A stretch of DNA of 62,770 bases, counting the filler, from Malassezia furfur (lineage: Eukaryota), in assembly GCA_052055015.1 (NCBI GenBank). It is 5 parts of 5 records of this genome, joined end to end, with 100 filler letters (N's around TTAATTAATTAA, not from the genome) between each part and the next. Parts side by side here need not be neighbours in the genome. Positions count along the whole stretch, not along the records: positions 25,340 to 37,870 come from JBQJIT010000335.1; positions 37,971 to 50,412 come from JBQJIT010000336.1; 3 more parts are not named here. One strand, 5' to 3'. Positions within the stretch are counted from its first letter, which is position 1. Each line of letters starts with the position of its first letter. The notes beneath the pieces were generated by a model. That model was not told the origin of the DNA. It did not search any database and saw nothing but the letters and a program-made list of their open reading frames with translations. Below are positions 34,279 through 43,688 of this stretch, piece after piece. A program made the translations under genes and the position numbers.

Positions 34279-34951
34279 GGCGTCGATGGGTGCCCGGCGA
34301 TACGCCGTCGACGGTATGCGCGCAGCCCATAGAATGCGCTAGCCTAGATACCCCTGGACTGCACTAGCTGTCTCTCTATACCAAGTCTGCGATTGTGTGC
34401 AGCGAACGGCCCTACACATGCATGGGGCCGGCCATGTCCGACGCCTCTGCACGCCCTGCTGTCATGGGAGTGCTGCACGGAGCAGGGCTATCGGGCTGCA
34501 GACACCCGGGTGGGGTTGCCACAACGGTGTGCGCACATCTCGCCCTGCATTTCCTCCCCCACACACCGACTGGCGCAGCTTGACAGCACCGCGGACGCCC
34601 GCGCGGTGGCTGGTGACGCGTTGCAGGGGACAAATCACATCGATGCGTTTGACGTGTGGATCACGTCGCTATCGTGTCGCCTGTTTGTTTTGCTGCACCG
34701 CCAACATACACCGGCAGTGCAAGGGGCGCGCCACTGCGCGGGTTCGCCACAGGCCAAGACCTGCGGAGGCACAAAATCCGCGCACCGATTTGCCCGATAT
34801 CTGCAGGACGGCATCGATGTAAATAAGTAAATGTACGATTCAGTACCCCTCACAGACATCCGGGGATTGATTGGGCAATTCATTATGGAGCAAAAACGCC
34901 CAGCCGACTGCGAAGACGCCGCGTTTACAAAACACGAAAGGCGTCCGGGAG

Positions 34952-34957
34952 TATATA
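34952..34957 (+). promoter_or_regulatory. TATA-like box upstream of the secreted DPBB gene
   Basis: TATATA about 140 nt upstream of ATG 35093, followed by a CT-rich leader; an ATTGG (CCAAT) lies near 34870. Confidence 0.45.
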
Positions 34958-35092
34958 GGGGGCCGGCGCCGCCAGCCACGACCCGCACCGCCTCCCCCAT
35001 TCAATTCGTCGAAGAGCGCCAGTCGCTTGACCTTTCCCCTTTTCAACACCCTCACGACCTCCGCTAAACGACTCAAACTCACCTATATCGAA

Positions 35093-35731
35093 ATGATCCG
35101 TGCTATGAAGTTTGCTCTCTTTGCGCTCCTGGCGCTGGCCGCCCTCGCTGCCGTTGTCAAGGCCGAGGAGAAGTTCTACGATGAGAACGGCAAGGAAATC
35201 GTCGTGTTCGACTCCAAGGTCGGTGACGACGAGTTCGAGGACGACGACATGGAGAAGCGCTCGATTGGCGTGCGCGGCAAGTCGGCCTTTGGCCTTGCCG
35301 CCCGTCACTCGCGCCACAATGGCTTTACCCACGGCCCCGAGGAGGGTGATGAGCTGCAGGACGGCAACATCCGTATCACCTGGTACGCTTCGGAGGACCT
35401 CAAGAACCCTGCTTGCGGTGACGACAAGTGGAACCCGAACAACAACAACCACATTGGTGCTGTCCAGAAGTCGTGGACCAACGGTCCCCAGTGCGGCGAG
35501 TTTGTGCGCCTGTGCAACACCAAGACGGACAAGTGCCTCAAGGTGCGCGTTGTTGACGAGTGCGCTGGCTGCAGCAAGAACCACGTCGACCTGACCAAGA
35601 GCGCGTTCAAGCGCCTGTCGACCACTGGTACCCTTGACGAGGGTCTCACGACCGGCCTCAAGCTGTACAAGTGCAACAAGCCCAACCCCTGGGACTTTGC
35701 GCTGTACGGCCCGCTCAAGCTCCGCGACTAA
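35093..35731 (+). CDS. Secreted RlpA/DPBB (expansin/barwin-like) protein
   Basis: Signal peptide, acidic pro-region ending in EKR, ITWY...PACG...CGEFVRLCN...VRVVDECAGC..NHVDLTKSAF. Confidence 0.85.
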   Translation: MIRAMKFALFALLALAALAAVVKAEEKFYDENGKEIVVFDSKVGDDEFEDDDMEKRSIGVRGKSAFGLAARHSRHNGFTHGPEEGDELQDGNIRITWYASEDLKNPACGDDKWNPNNNNHIGAVQKSWTNGPQCGEFVRLCNTKTDKCLKVRVVDECAGCSKNHVDLTKSAFKRLSTTGTLDEGLTTGLKLYKCNKPNPWDFALYGPLKLRD

Positions 35732-36213
35732 AAAACACGGCGCTACTTTTCAAACCTTCGACGACTATGAAACGCACGACAATATAATTGGGGCGAGCAT
35801 TCTGGCAATGTTTGCATCATGTTTCTGTTTCTTGTTGGCCAAGCCGGACTTGGCCCTTTTTGCTTGAATTGGCGAGCGCGATGCCTTTTTATCTAGACTC
35901 TGTTTTGCGCGCTTGCTCTGTTGCGCTATAGGTTCTGCTGGTTTCGGATCCTATAGACCTTTATCCAGTTTATTTTTTTTTTAACTCCGACGGACTCGAG
36001 CGGGTCGAGTCGCGCGCGCATCGATAGGCCTTTGTGCTTGGCACGCACGCGTGCGCACCGGGCCCCGGGTGGGTTTAGTAAGTGGAGGACCGATAAAGTC
36101 GGTGCGCGTGCAGGGTACGCCGCGGGCCTGGGGCAGGTTCCAAGTGCCCATCGCTACGTTCCTGACGAGCGAGCGACGCCAGTGGGGACTCGGGCCAGAT
36201 TGTGAGCGAGACG

Positions 36214-37870
36214 ATGTCGTCGTTCTCGTGGAAGGGTATCTTTGGCATCAGTGTACCTGATTCGAGCGGCTCGCCGTCGGGGCGCTCCGGCTCGCAGCGG
36301 AAGACCTCGGGCGGTCCGCGGGTCGCGTCGAGTGCGGGCAGCGCCGCGTCGCCGCCGAGCGGATCGGTGGGGGCGGCTGGCGCGGCGCGCCCCAATGCCA
36401 TCCGCACGGACGTGAACGGGACGAGCGCGGGGACAGGTTCGCCGATGCGTTCGAGTGCGGGTGTGTCGTCGTCGCCGAGCACGTTTGGATCGCAGCGCCC
36501 CGATGAGGCCGCGTTGGCCGCGAGTTTCCCCCTGTCCCTCGGGTGGACGGCACCCGAGTGGCGCGAGTGGTCGCGCGACAGCGGGCACCATGTGCACGAC
36601 TCGGATACCAAGACGGCGCTGCTCGGCATTGAAAACGTACGTACACAGCGGGGGGAGAGGCGCGCAGAGGCTAACCGGGCGTGCAGTTTGGGAATACATG
36701 GTAGGTGGCCCCGCTTTGCTCACCCCCAGCTATGCCAACTCGGTGCTGCAGGCACTCTACTTTTGTGCGCCGCTGCGCGAGGCGGTGATGGAAGCCGATG
36801 CCGCGCACGTATCGCCGGTGGTGCGGCGCTCCGATACACTGCATACGGCGCTTGTGCGTCTCTTCCACACGATGGCGCGCGAGGCGTCGCGCATCTCGAT
36901 CGAGGTAGGTTGCGCCGCTGACGCGCAGAGCGGCGATGCCCCGGCCAAGCGCGAGGCAAGTGGCACGCCGGCGATTGTGTCGCGGACGGTCAACACGGAG
37001 GCGATCAAGACGTTCCTTGAGACGCTGATGCGCAACTGCGATCTGTTCGACATGAGCATGCACCACGACGCGCACGAGTTCCTCAACTTCACGCTGAACC
37101 AGGTGGGCGAGGACCTCGAGGCGCTGCACGCGCCGGCGCGGGGGGCGGGCAGTGTCGGCAGTGGCAGTGCGCCGGCCACGCGTGGCGACGACGATACCCA
37201 GCGCACCTACGTGCACGACCTGTTCCAGGGCGTGCTCACGAACGAGACCAAGTGTCTCACGTGTGAGAATGTGTCGTACCGCGACGAGGCCTTCCTCGAC
37301 CTGTCGGTGAACGTGTCGCCGAACACGTCGCTCTCGTCGTGTCTGCGCCAGTTTTCCGAGAGCGAGATGCTGCACGGGCGGAACAAGTTTTTCTGCGACG
37401 CGTGTGCGAGTCTCCAGGAGGCCGAGAAGCGCATGAAGATCCGGCACGCGCCCAACATCCTTGCGCTGCACCTCAAGCGCTTTATCTGGGACGAGCGCGT
37501 CCAGGCGTACGTCAAGCACGCGTGCCGCGTCGTGTTTCCGCTCGACCTCCGCCTGTTCAACATGTCCGACCAGGCAGACAATCCCGACCGTCGCTACGAG
37601 CTGTTCGCCATCGTGATCCACGTTGGCGCCGGCGCCAACCAGGGCCACTACATCTCGATCGTCAAGATCGGGCAGCGCTGGGCGCTCTTTGACGACGAGA
37701 CGGTGACGTTCATCGCCGAGTCGGACATCGCCAAGTACTACGGCGACGCGCCCGAAATCGGCAGCGCCTACGTTCTCTTTTACCGCGCCGTCGAGCTCGA
37801 CGAGCGCGCAGCGCATGCCGCGGCGCAGATCACGCACCACACGCCCGCCGCGTCGGCCGCCGCACCCGCC
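36214..37870 (+). CDS. Ubiquitin-specific protease (Ubp9/Ubp13, USP12/46/CreB-like), 3'-truncated by gap
   Basis: Spliced Cys box GIEN|FGNTC|YANSVLQAL, HHDAHEFLN, NKFFCDAC..QEAEKRMKI, LHLKRF, His box GHYISIVK. Confidence 0.9.
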
Positions 37871-37970
37871 NNNNNNNNNNNNNNNNNNNNNNNNNNNNNN
37901 NNNNNNNNNNNNNNTTAATTAATTAANNNNNNNNNNNNNNNNNNNNNNNNNNNNNNNNNNNNNNNNNNNN
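37871..37970. other. Artificial contig linker
   Basis: N44-TTAATTAATTAA-N44. Confidence 0.98.
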
Positions 37971-38134
37971 ACGCGCGGCCAGGCGGTCCGTCGGCCATAG
38001 AGACGCAGACGCCGTGCGAGTCGAAAGCGAGGCCCGATCGCTGCGGTGCAGCCCCGGCCGAGTGCGGCCGAAGGCGCATATTTCCTCGCGGCAGTGGGAA
38101 GCAGCGTGCTGGCTTCCCCCGGAACGACGGCGCG

Positions 38135-39208
38135 ATGGTGTGGCTTGGGACCCTGCTCGCGCTTTGTCTGTACGCGGTGCCGTGCGCGTATGCGGTGCGC
38201 AGCTCGGGTGTGAATCCAGAGCTGAATGCCGACGCTATTGTGCCGCTGCGTACGCACTCGCTTTTTTCGCCGTTCGTCGACTCCAGTTTGCAGAACAACT
38301 ACTGGGACTTTGGCGGACACACGATCATTGACACCAACCGCTATGTGCGCCTGACGCAGGACCGTCAGAGCGAAAGCGGCTGGCTCTGGTCGCGCCTGCC
38401 GATCGAGGCAAGCGACTTCGAGATCACGACCGAGTTTGTGATCAAGGGCGATTCGCCGACGCAACACGGCGACGGCTTCGCGATGTGGCTCACCTCGACG
38501 CGCGCCAAGGAGGGGCCCGTGTTTGGCAACCAGGACTACTTTAAGGGACTTGGCCTGATCTTTGACACCTACCCGAACACGCCGCACCGCAGCGTCTTTC
38601 CGCGCATCTCAGCGGTGTACAACAATGGCGACATGAGCTACGACATGGCGCACGACGGCGAGAACCAAGACCTTGTGTCGTGCACGGAGCAGCTGCGCCG
38701 AACGCCGGTCGAGACGCGTCTGCGCTTCACCTTTGTCCGCGACGTGTACATGGAGCTGGCCATCCAGAACCGCCAGTGGAACCAATGGACAAGCTGCTTC
38801 CGCGTGCCGGCCGTCGACCTGCAGCACCCGTATCTCGGCTTTACCGCGAGTACGGGCGGTGTGAGCGACTCGCACAATATCGTGTCGGTGTGGACCAACA
38901 GCCTTGTTTACCACTCGCGCTCGCCCGAGGACCTCGAGCGCGAGCGTCTGCACATCTTTGGCGACAAGCAGGCCTCGCGCAAGTCCAACTGGTGGGGCGG
39001 TTCGGGCGCCTCGGACACCTCGTCGGCCGCTCACCGCACGGCACGCGACGACATGCGGCGCCCGTCGATCATCAAGCGCTTCTTCCTGGGCGTGGCATTC
39101 TTGATCAAGTGGACGCTCATCCTCGTCGTCGTGGGCGCGGCAGGCTACTTTGGATACCAGTACTACACAGCGCGCACGCGGCGTCACACGCGGCGCACGC
39201 TCGCCTAA
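38135..39208 (+). CDS. L-type lectin cargo receptor (VIP36/LMAN2-like)
   Basis: Signal peptide, LRTHSL..P, WDFGG, VRLTQDRQS, GDGFAMWLT, GPVFGNQDYFKGLG..DTYPN, YLGFTASTG, C-terminal TM helix. Confidence 0.9.
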   Translation: MVWLGTLLALCLYAVPCAYAVRSSGVNPELNADAIVPLRTHSLFSPFVDSSLQNNYWDFGGHTIIDTNRYVRLTQDRQSESGWLWSRLPIEASDFEITTEFVIKGDSPTQHGDGFAMWLTSTRAKEGPVFGNQDYFKGLGLIFDTYPNTPHRSVFPRISAVYNNGDMSYDMAHDGENQDLVSCTEQLRRTPVETRLRFTFVRDVYMELAIQNRQWNQWTSCFRVPAVDLQHPYLGFTASTGGVSDSHNIVSVWTNSLVYHSRSPEDLERERLHIFGDKQASRKSNWWGGSGASDTSSAAHRTARDDMRRPSIIKRFFLGVAFLIKWTLILVVVGAAGYFGYQYYTARTRRHTRRTLA

Positions 39209-39854
39209 GTACATACCCTGTCGACAAAAACCGTTTTCCTGTAGAATGCAAGCTCTGCGTGAGTTCGCAGCGTACCAGCAATCGACCCACGAATGTCGTC
39301 CAGCGCGCGGTGCCGCACGGCGCCCTTGGGCGGCGTCCAGACGCGCTCGGCGCCGTACCAGCGCCGCACTAGCTCCTTGACGGTGCTCACGTCAACGATG
39401 CGGTAGTGCAGGTGCGCCATCAGCTCCGGCATCTCGTTCACCAAAAAGCTCTTGTCTGCGTGCACCGTATTGCCCGCCAGACACGCGTCGCCTTTCCCGG
39501 GCACGCGGTCCAACACGTAGGCAAGCAGCGCCGTGCGCACAGCTTCGTGCGAGGGCGCATCAGGCGCGAGGCATGCATCGGTCAGACCGGTAGCCTTGTG
39601 CGTAGTCGTGCACCACGCATCCATCTGCGCCAGCACCGCAGGCGGCGTGGCGATCACGTACGACACCCCCTCGTCGACGGGTTGCAGATCGCCATCGGTG
39701 ATCACGCACGCGACTTCGAGCAGCCGTTCCTTGCGGGGGTCCAGACCCGTCATCCTGCATCAGAGTACACAACCCACTCGCAGTCGATCCACACCAGCGG
39801 GCCATCCTGGCGGCCTAGCACGCGCGTTGGCGCCGGCGGGGGAATGGACGCCAT
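39205..39854 (-). CDS. REX2: Oligoribonuclease Rex2/Orn, 2 introns
   Basis: PLVWIDCE|MTGLD, LAGNTVHADK, HYRIVDVSTVKEL, HRALDDIRGSIA|ELAFYR. Confidence 0.95.
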
Positions 39855-39885
39855 GGTGCGGAATCGGGGATCGGGCGTCCGTGCG

Positions 39886-42126
39886 CTACGACGGGTGCAG
39901 CGCCAGGGGCTGCGCGCTATAGACGTCCAAGGTGCGGCGTGTCCCAGGCGGGCTCGCGAGTACCGTGTAGGTGCCTGCGGGTAGCATGCGCATGTGCAGC
40001 GTAACACACGTCGACATGGGCGACACAGGTGCCGCCGAAGCCAGGGCCGTGTGAGCATCGTACACCGACACGTGCAGCGACTCGGGCTCGTCGCTGCTCA
40101 CCACCAGCTCGACACTCATGGAGCGCTCAAGCACAAGCTCCCAACGTGTATCACTGACGACTGCACGGTGGTACATCCCGGCACCCTCAGCGGGCAAGCG
40201 CTCCACGTCGATTGGTGCACTGCACTCGACCGTCAGCGCAAACTGCGCCTGCACCGGTGCAAGCGTCGACAGGATCAGGGTATATTCGCCGGGTTGGACC
40301 GCCGGTATTTCAGACAGCGCTAGGCCGCGGGTGTAGGGGCCACTGCTCGTGATAAGTGTCGGCGGGCCAAGGTAGGTGATGCGCTGCTTGCCGCGCACCA
40401 GCGCAAGTTGGACCGGCAGCTGCGCCTGTGTCGTCACTCGCACCACCAGCTGCGGTAGGCTGCCTGGAAGCGAGTGCACCATGATGGCGTACTGCGGGTT
40501 GTGCCGGAAGCGTGCCGAGAGGGCATGTCCGCCTTCGCCCTGCCATGCGCCGAGAAGCTGCGCACGGTGCGCCAGCATCGCCGGCATGCGTTCCAGCGTA
40601 AAAGGGTCTCGAGAAAAGACACGCAGCGAGTACAACGGAAAGGGGCGCATCGAAGATCCATGCCGCGATACGGCCAGCGTATAGTGCGCCTCGTCGGCCT
40701 GTGCAGAGAGGCGGAGCAGCGTATGCCGCCCGTCAACATATACGCCCATCTCACCGCCATGCTCGACCTGCGCAAGCTTGCGCTGGGCATTGGTGTGGAA
40801 GGCGTGCACAGCAATGTACTCAGGCGTCTCCCGCGCATCGTACAGGCGGTGCCGCTCCAGATGCACGAGCAGCTCTTGCGCACCCGGCGGAAGCTCCAGG
40901 TGGTACTGGTCGCTCACCGCCGCCTCTACATGGTCAGGGCATACCCCGGCATCGGCGCTCCAGTCCCACGATGCATGCGCCGCATCGGTGTGCTCAAACT
41001 CGGCCGGATTCCAGTTCACGGCAATGGTGTCGAACAGCGCACAGACTTCTTCCCATGCACACGTCAGCACAGCGGGGGTATCGTCCACAACAAACGGCGC
41101 CGGCGCCCCTTGCGTCTTCCAAGGATTGACGAGCGTCACGACCCGCTCGCCATTGCGTTCGTCCAGCGATAGGATTGCATAGCAGTGGAGCGGGATAAAC
41201 GTACGCAGCGCATCCGACACCGTGGCATCCACCACGGCGCCCGTACCGAGTGATAGCAGACACGTGCCTTGCTGCCATGCTTGGAGCAGGCGCTGCCACG
41301 TCTTTTCGCGCTGAAAGCCGGGCGCATGCAGCGTAATATGCTCCGGAATCCAGCCCGTGAGCATGTACAGATCCGCCGCAGCATCCGAGCCGTGAAAAGC
41401 ATAGCTCGATCCGTGCGCAACCAAGAACGCCTTCTCAAGCAGCGCAGGCCATAGCTGAGGCGCTTCGCACGTCGAGGCACACACCAGGTTCCCTCTCGCA
41501 TCCATCGGTAGCTCGTCATTGATGGTAATGCAGCGTCTTGCCCCATCGACAAACAGCGACACGGCGTACACACCCTCGGTGCTTTGGCATGGATCACCAT
41601 CCTGGCGCGGATGCAGCGCGCCATGGGCTAGCTGTGTATGCCACCGCGCGTCATATTCGGCCGCGACCTCAAGCGCTGCTACAAAGGAGCAGTCTGTCAC
41701 AGCACCTTGCCGAATGTCGCCGCCACGTACACGCACTTCGGGGCGAAAAACGGGCAAGGCGCTACGTCCGTACGTGGCGCCTTGCTCCACCTGCAGCGTC
41801 GACAGTGCAGGGTTTGACAGCGGTGCCCCGCTATACGGCCACAGGGGCCAATTTTGTTCCTCGTGGGCTGAAAAGGCAATACGTGGGCCTAGCGGATGAC
41901 GGAGCGCACGCTTAAGTCGCTCGGCGCGCGAGAGCAGCCGCGAAGCGAGGCGTTTGTGTTGCTCGGCGTCCGCAGTTTGGACCTTGGTGGGTATACGAAG
42001 TAGGTCCAAGTACGCCTGAGCAGCACTGGTATATAGCTTAAGCGCCTCAGCATAGGCGCCCTCTAGCTCATGCTGCACCGCCCGCGATGCGCACGCCCTT
42101 GCACCGTCCAAATCCCCAACAGTCAT
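39886..42126 (-). CDS. RIM13: Calpain-like protease PalB/Rim13
   Basis: N-terminal MIT helices, IRQGAVTDCSFVA (Cys), LWPALLEKAF, LTGWIPE, HCYAIL (His), VNPW (Asn), two C2-like domains. Confidence 0.88.
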   Translation of the reverse strand: MTVGDLDGARACASRAVQHELEGAYAEALKLYTSAAQAYLDLLRIPTKVQTADAEQHKRLASRLLSRAERLKRALRHPLGPRIAFSAHEEQNWPLWPYSGAPLSNPALSTLQVEQGATYGRSALPVFRPEVRVRGGDIRQGAVTDCSFVAALEVAAEYDARWHTQLAHGALHPRQDGDPCQSTEGVYAVSLFVDGARRCITINDELPMDARGNLVCASTCEAPQLWPALLEKAFLVAHGSSYAFHGSDAAADLYMLTGWIPEHITLHAPGFQREKTWQRLLQAWQQGTCLLSLGTGAVVDATVSDALRTFIPLHCYAILSLDERNGERVVTLVNPWKTQGAPAPFVVDDTPAVLTCAWEEVCALFDTIAVNWNPAEFEHTDAAHASWDWSADAGVCPDHVEAAVSDQYHLELPPGAQELLVHLERHRLYDARETPEYIAVHAFHTNAQRKLAQVEHGGEMGVYVDGRHTLLRLSAQADEAHYTLAVSRHGSSMRPFPLYSLRVFSRDPFTLERMPAMLAHRAQLLGAWQGEGGHALSARFRHNPQYAIMVHSLPGSLPQLVVRVTTQAQLPVQLALVRGKQRITYLGPPTLITSSGPYTRGLALSEIPAVQPGEYTLILSTLAPVQAQFALTVECSAPIDVERLPAEGAGMYHRAVVSDTRWELVLERSMSVELVVSSDEPESLHVSVYDAHTALASAAPVSPMSTCVTLHMRMLPAGTYTVLASPPGTRRTLDVYSAQPLALHPS

Positions 42127-42226
42127 GGCCGCAAGTTGTGGAGGTGGAGCCAACGGCCAGAAAATAAACGAAGTGATTCGACGCTCTAATCGTAACTCGG
42201 CGGGCGCTTGCCCAACCCAGACCTAT

Positions 42227-42515
42227 ACCTGTCATGGGTGCAACGAAGGAATGAATTCTCCTGTGGCGCGCCCCACGCAATGTTAGCCGTTCCTATGGAT
42301 GATTGAGGTTGGCTGGCGCACTAGCGTGCTTCAAAGCATGTTGGTCCCAGCTGTAAACGGGGGAGACTAAGGAGCCGTTCTGCGGCTTGTAGGATCAGTC
42401 GGTTCTGCCGAGCACTCCACTCAACCGACCTCAGTCGCACGTATTCGTAGGGCTTTCGGTAAGCAGGGAGCACCTAGCTTGAAAGCGCGCCCAGGCCTCG
42501 TGAGGATTCAAACTG
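42227..42515 (+). ncRNA. Putative signal recognition particle (SRP) RNA
   Basis: 5' UGU hairpin followed by CGAAG; long-range helices 42252-60/42502-10, 42261-71/42485-94 and 42321-30/42469-77; TAGG...AGCAG helix-8-like motif 42448-42466; T9 immediately downstream. Confidence 0.65.
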
Positions 42516-42524
42516 TTTTTTTTT
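42516..42524 (+). terminator. Oligo(T)9 RNA polymerase III terminator
   Basis: T9 directly after the closing helix of the putative SRP RNA. Confidence 0.55.
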
Positions 42525-42551
42525 GCCACGTGCGCTTGACTCAGATTGGTA

Positions 42552-43670
42552 ATGCTTTCGGCCTGGAGGGCGAGCATCCGTGCGCCAGGCTGCCGCACGT
42601 TGGCTGCACGCCCTACGTTTTGTACTAGCGCCATCCAACGAAGTGCATGGCCTACGCCACCGCGCACCTCGGATGTGAGCGTGAACACGTCAGGACCCGT
42701 CTCGGTGGCGAGCCTAACACGGCAGATGGCTGAAAAGAAACCCATCGTGTGCATCACTGCCTACGACTATCCCACCGGCCTGGCGGTGCGTGCCGCCGGC
42801 GCAGATATCTGCCTTGTGGGTGACTCATTAGCGAATGTTGCCCTGGGACATTCGTCCACCCGGTGCCTCACGCTCGAGGCCATGATCCACCACAGCACTG
42901 CCGTCCGTGACGCTATCCGGGCGAACGACTTGAGATACGACCCCTTATGTCCCCCAGAACCCCTTCTCGTCGTGGATATGCCATTTGGAACATGTGAGGT
43001 TTCTGTCGAAGAGGCAACGCGCAACGTGCTGCGTGTGGTGCAAGCGACGCAAGCACAAGCCGTCAAAATTGAAGGCTCGCGTGAGCTGGTGCCCCTCGTG
43101 GAGAAGCTCTCGACGTATGGGATTTCGGTCATGGCCCATGTCGGCTTACAGCCGCAGCGTTTTGGTGACGCTGCCTCACTCCGTGTTCAGGCCGCACGCG
43201 CGGACAGTGCCTTCCAATTGCTCGAGGACGTGCTTGCGCTGCAAGAAGCAGGCAGTTTTGCGATCCTGCTCGAGTGTGTTCCGTCGCGCGTGGCAGAAAC
43301 GATTAGCGAGCACGTCTCGATCCCGATCATTGGGATTGGCGCAGGGCCTCATACGCATGGCCAGGTGCTAGTGGGCAGCGACCTGGTGGCCGATCTCGAG
43401 AGCCCTGCACATGTGTCGGCAGCGTTGCGTACAGAGCCCCAGGAAGTGCGCGGCGTGGATACACCAACCGAGTGGCCGGCGCCGCCCAAGTTTGTGCGCT
43501 CGTTTGCTCCTATGAGTTTGGGCGCTCTACGTGTCCAGGCGTTCCGTGCATTTGCCGAAGCAGTGCGTGCGCGCTCTTTCCCCGAAGTTACCCGCGAAGC
43601 GTACCGCATCAAGTCGGAGGAATTGGCCAAATTCCGCGCGATGTTGGCGGCGCGTCATAGCTCCGAATGA
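42552..43670 (+). CDS. ECM31: Ketopantoate hydroxymethyltransferase (PanB)
   Basis: CITAYDY, LVGDSLANVALG, VVDMPFG, AVKIEG, MAHVGLQPQ, LECVP, IGIGAG, PKFVR. Confidence 0.95.
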   Translation: MLSAWRASIRAPGCRTLAARPTFCTSAIQRSAWPTPPRTSDVSVNTSGPVSVASLTRQMAEKKPIVCITAYDYPTGLAVRAAGADICLVGDSLANVALGHSSTRCLTLEAMIHHSTAVRDAIRANDLRYDPLCPPEPLLVVDMPFGTCEVSVEEATRNVLRVVQATQAQAVKIEGSRELVPLVEKLSTYGISVMAHVGLQPQRFGDAASLRVQAARADSAFQLLEDVLALQEAGSFAILLECVPSRVAETISEHVSIPIIGIGAGPHTHGQVLVGSDLVADLESPAHVSAALRTEPQEVRGVDTPTEWPAPPKFVRSFAPMSLGALRVQAFRAFAEAVRARSFPEVTREAYRIKSEELAKFRAMLAARHSSE

Positions 43671-43688
43671 CTAGGTACGAATGTGGAG

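Noticed and set aside
37971..37999. Possible - strand gene start (MADGPPGRA) running into the gap
   Set aside because: Too short to support a call.
42227..42515. Alternative identities for the structured RNA (U3, RNase P/MRP, spliceosomal snRNA, telomerase RNA)
   Set aside because: I could not find U3 box A, P4 helix motifs, snRNA signature sequences or a telomere template on either strand.
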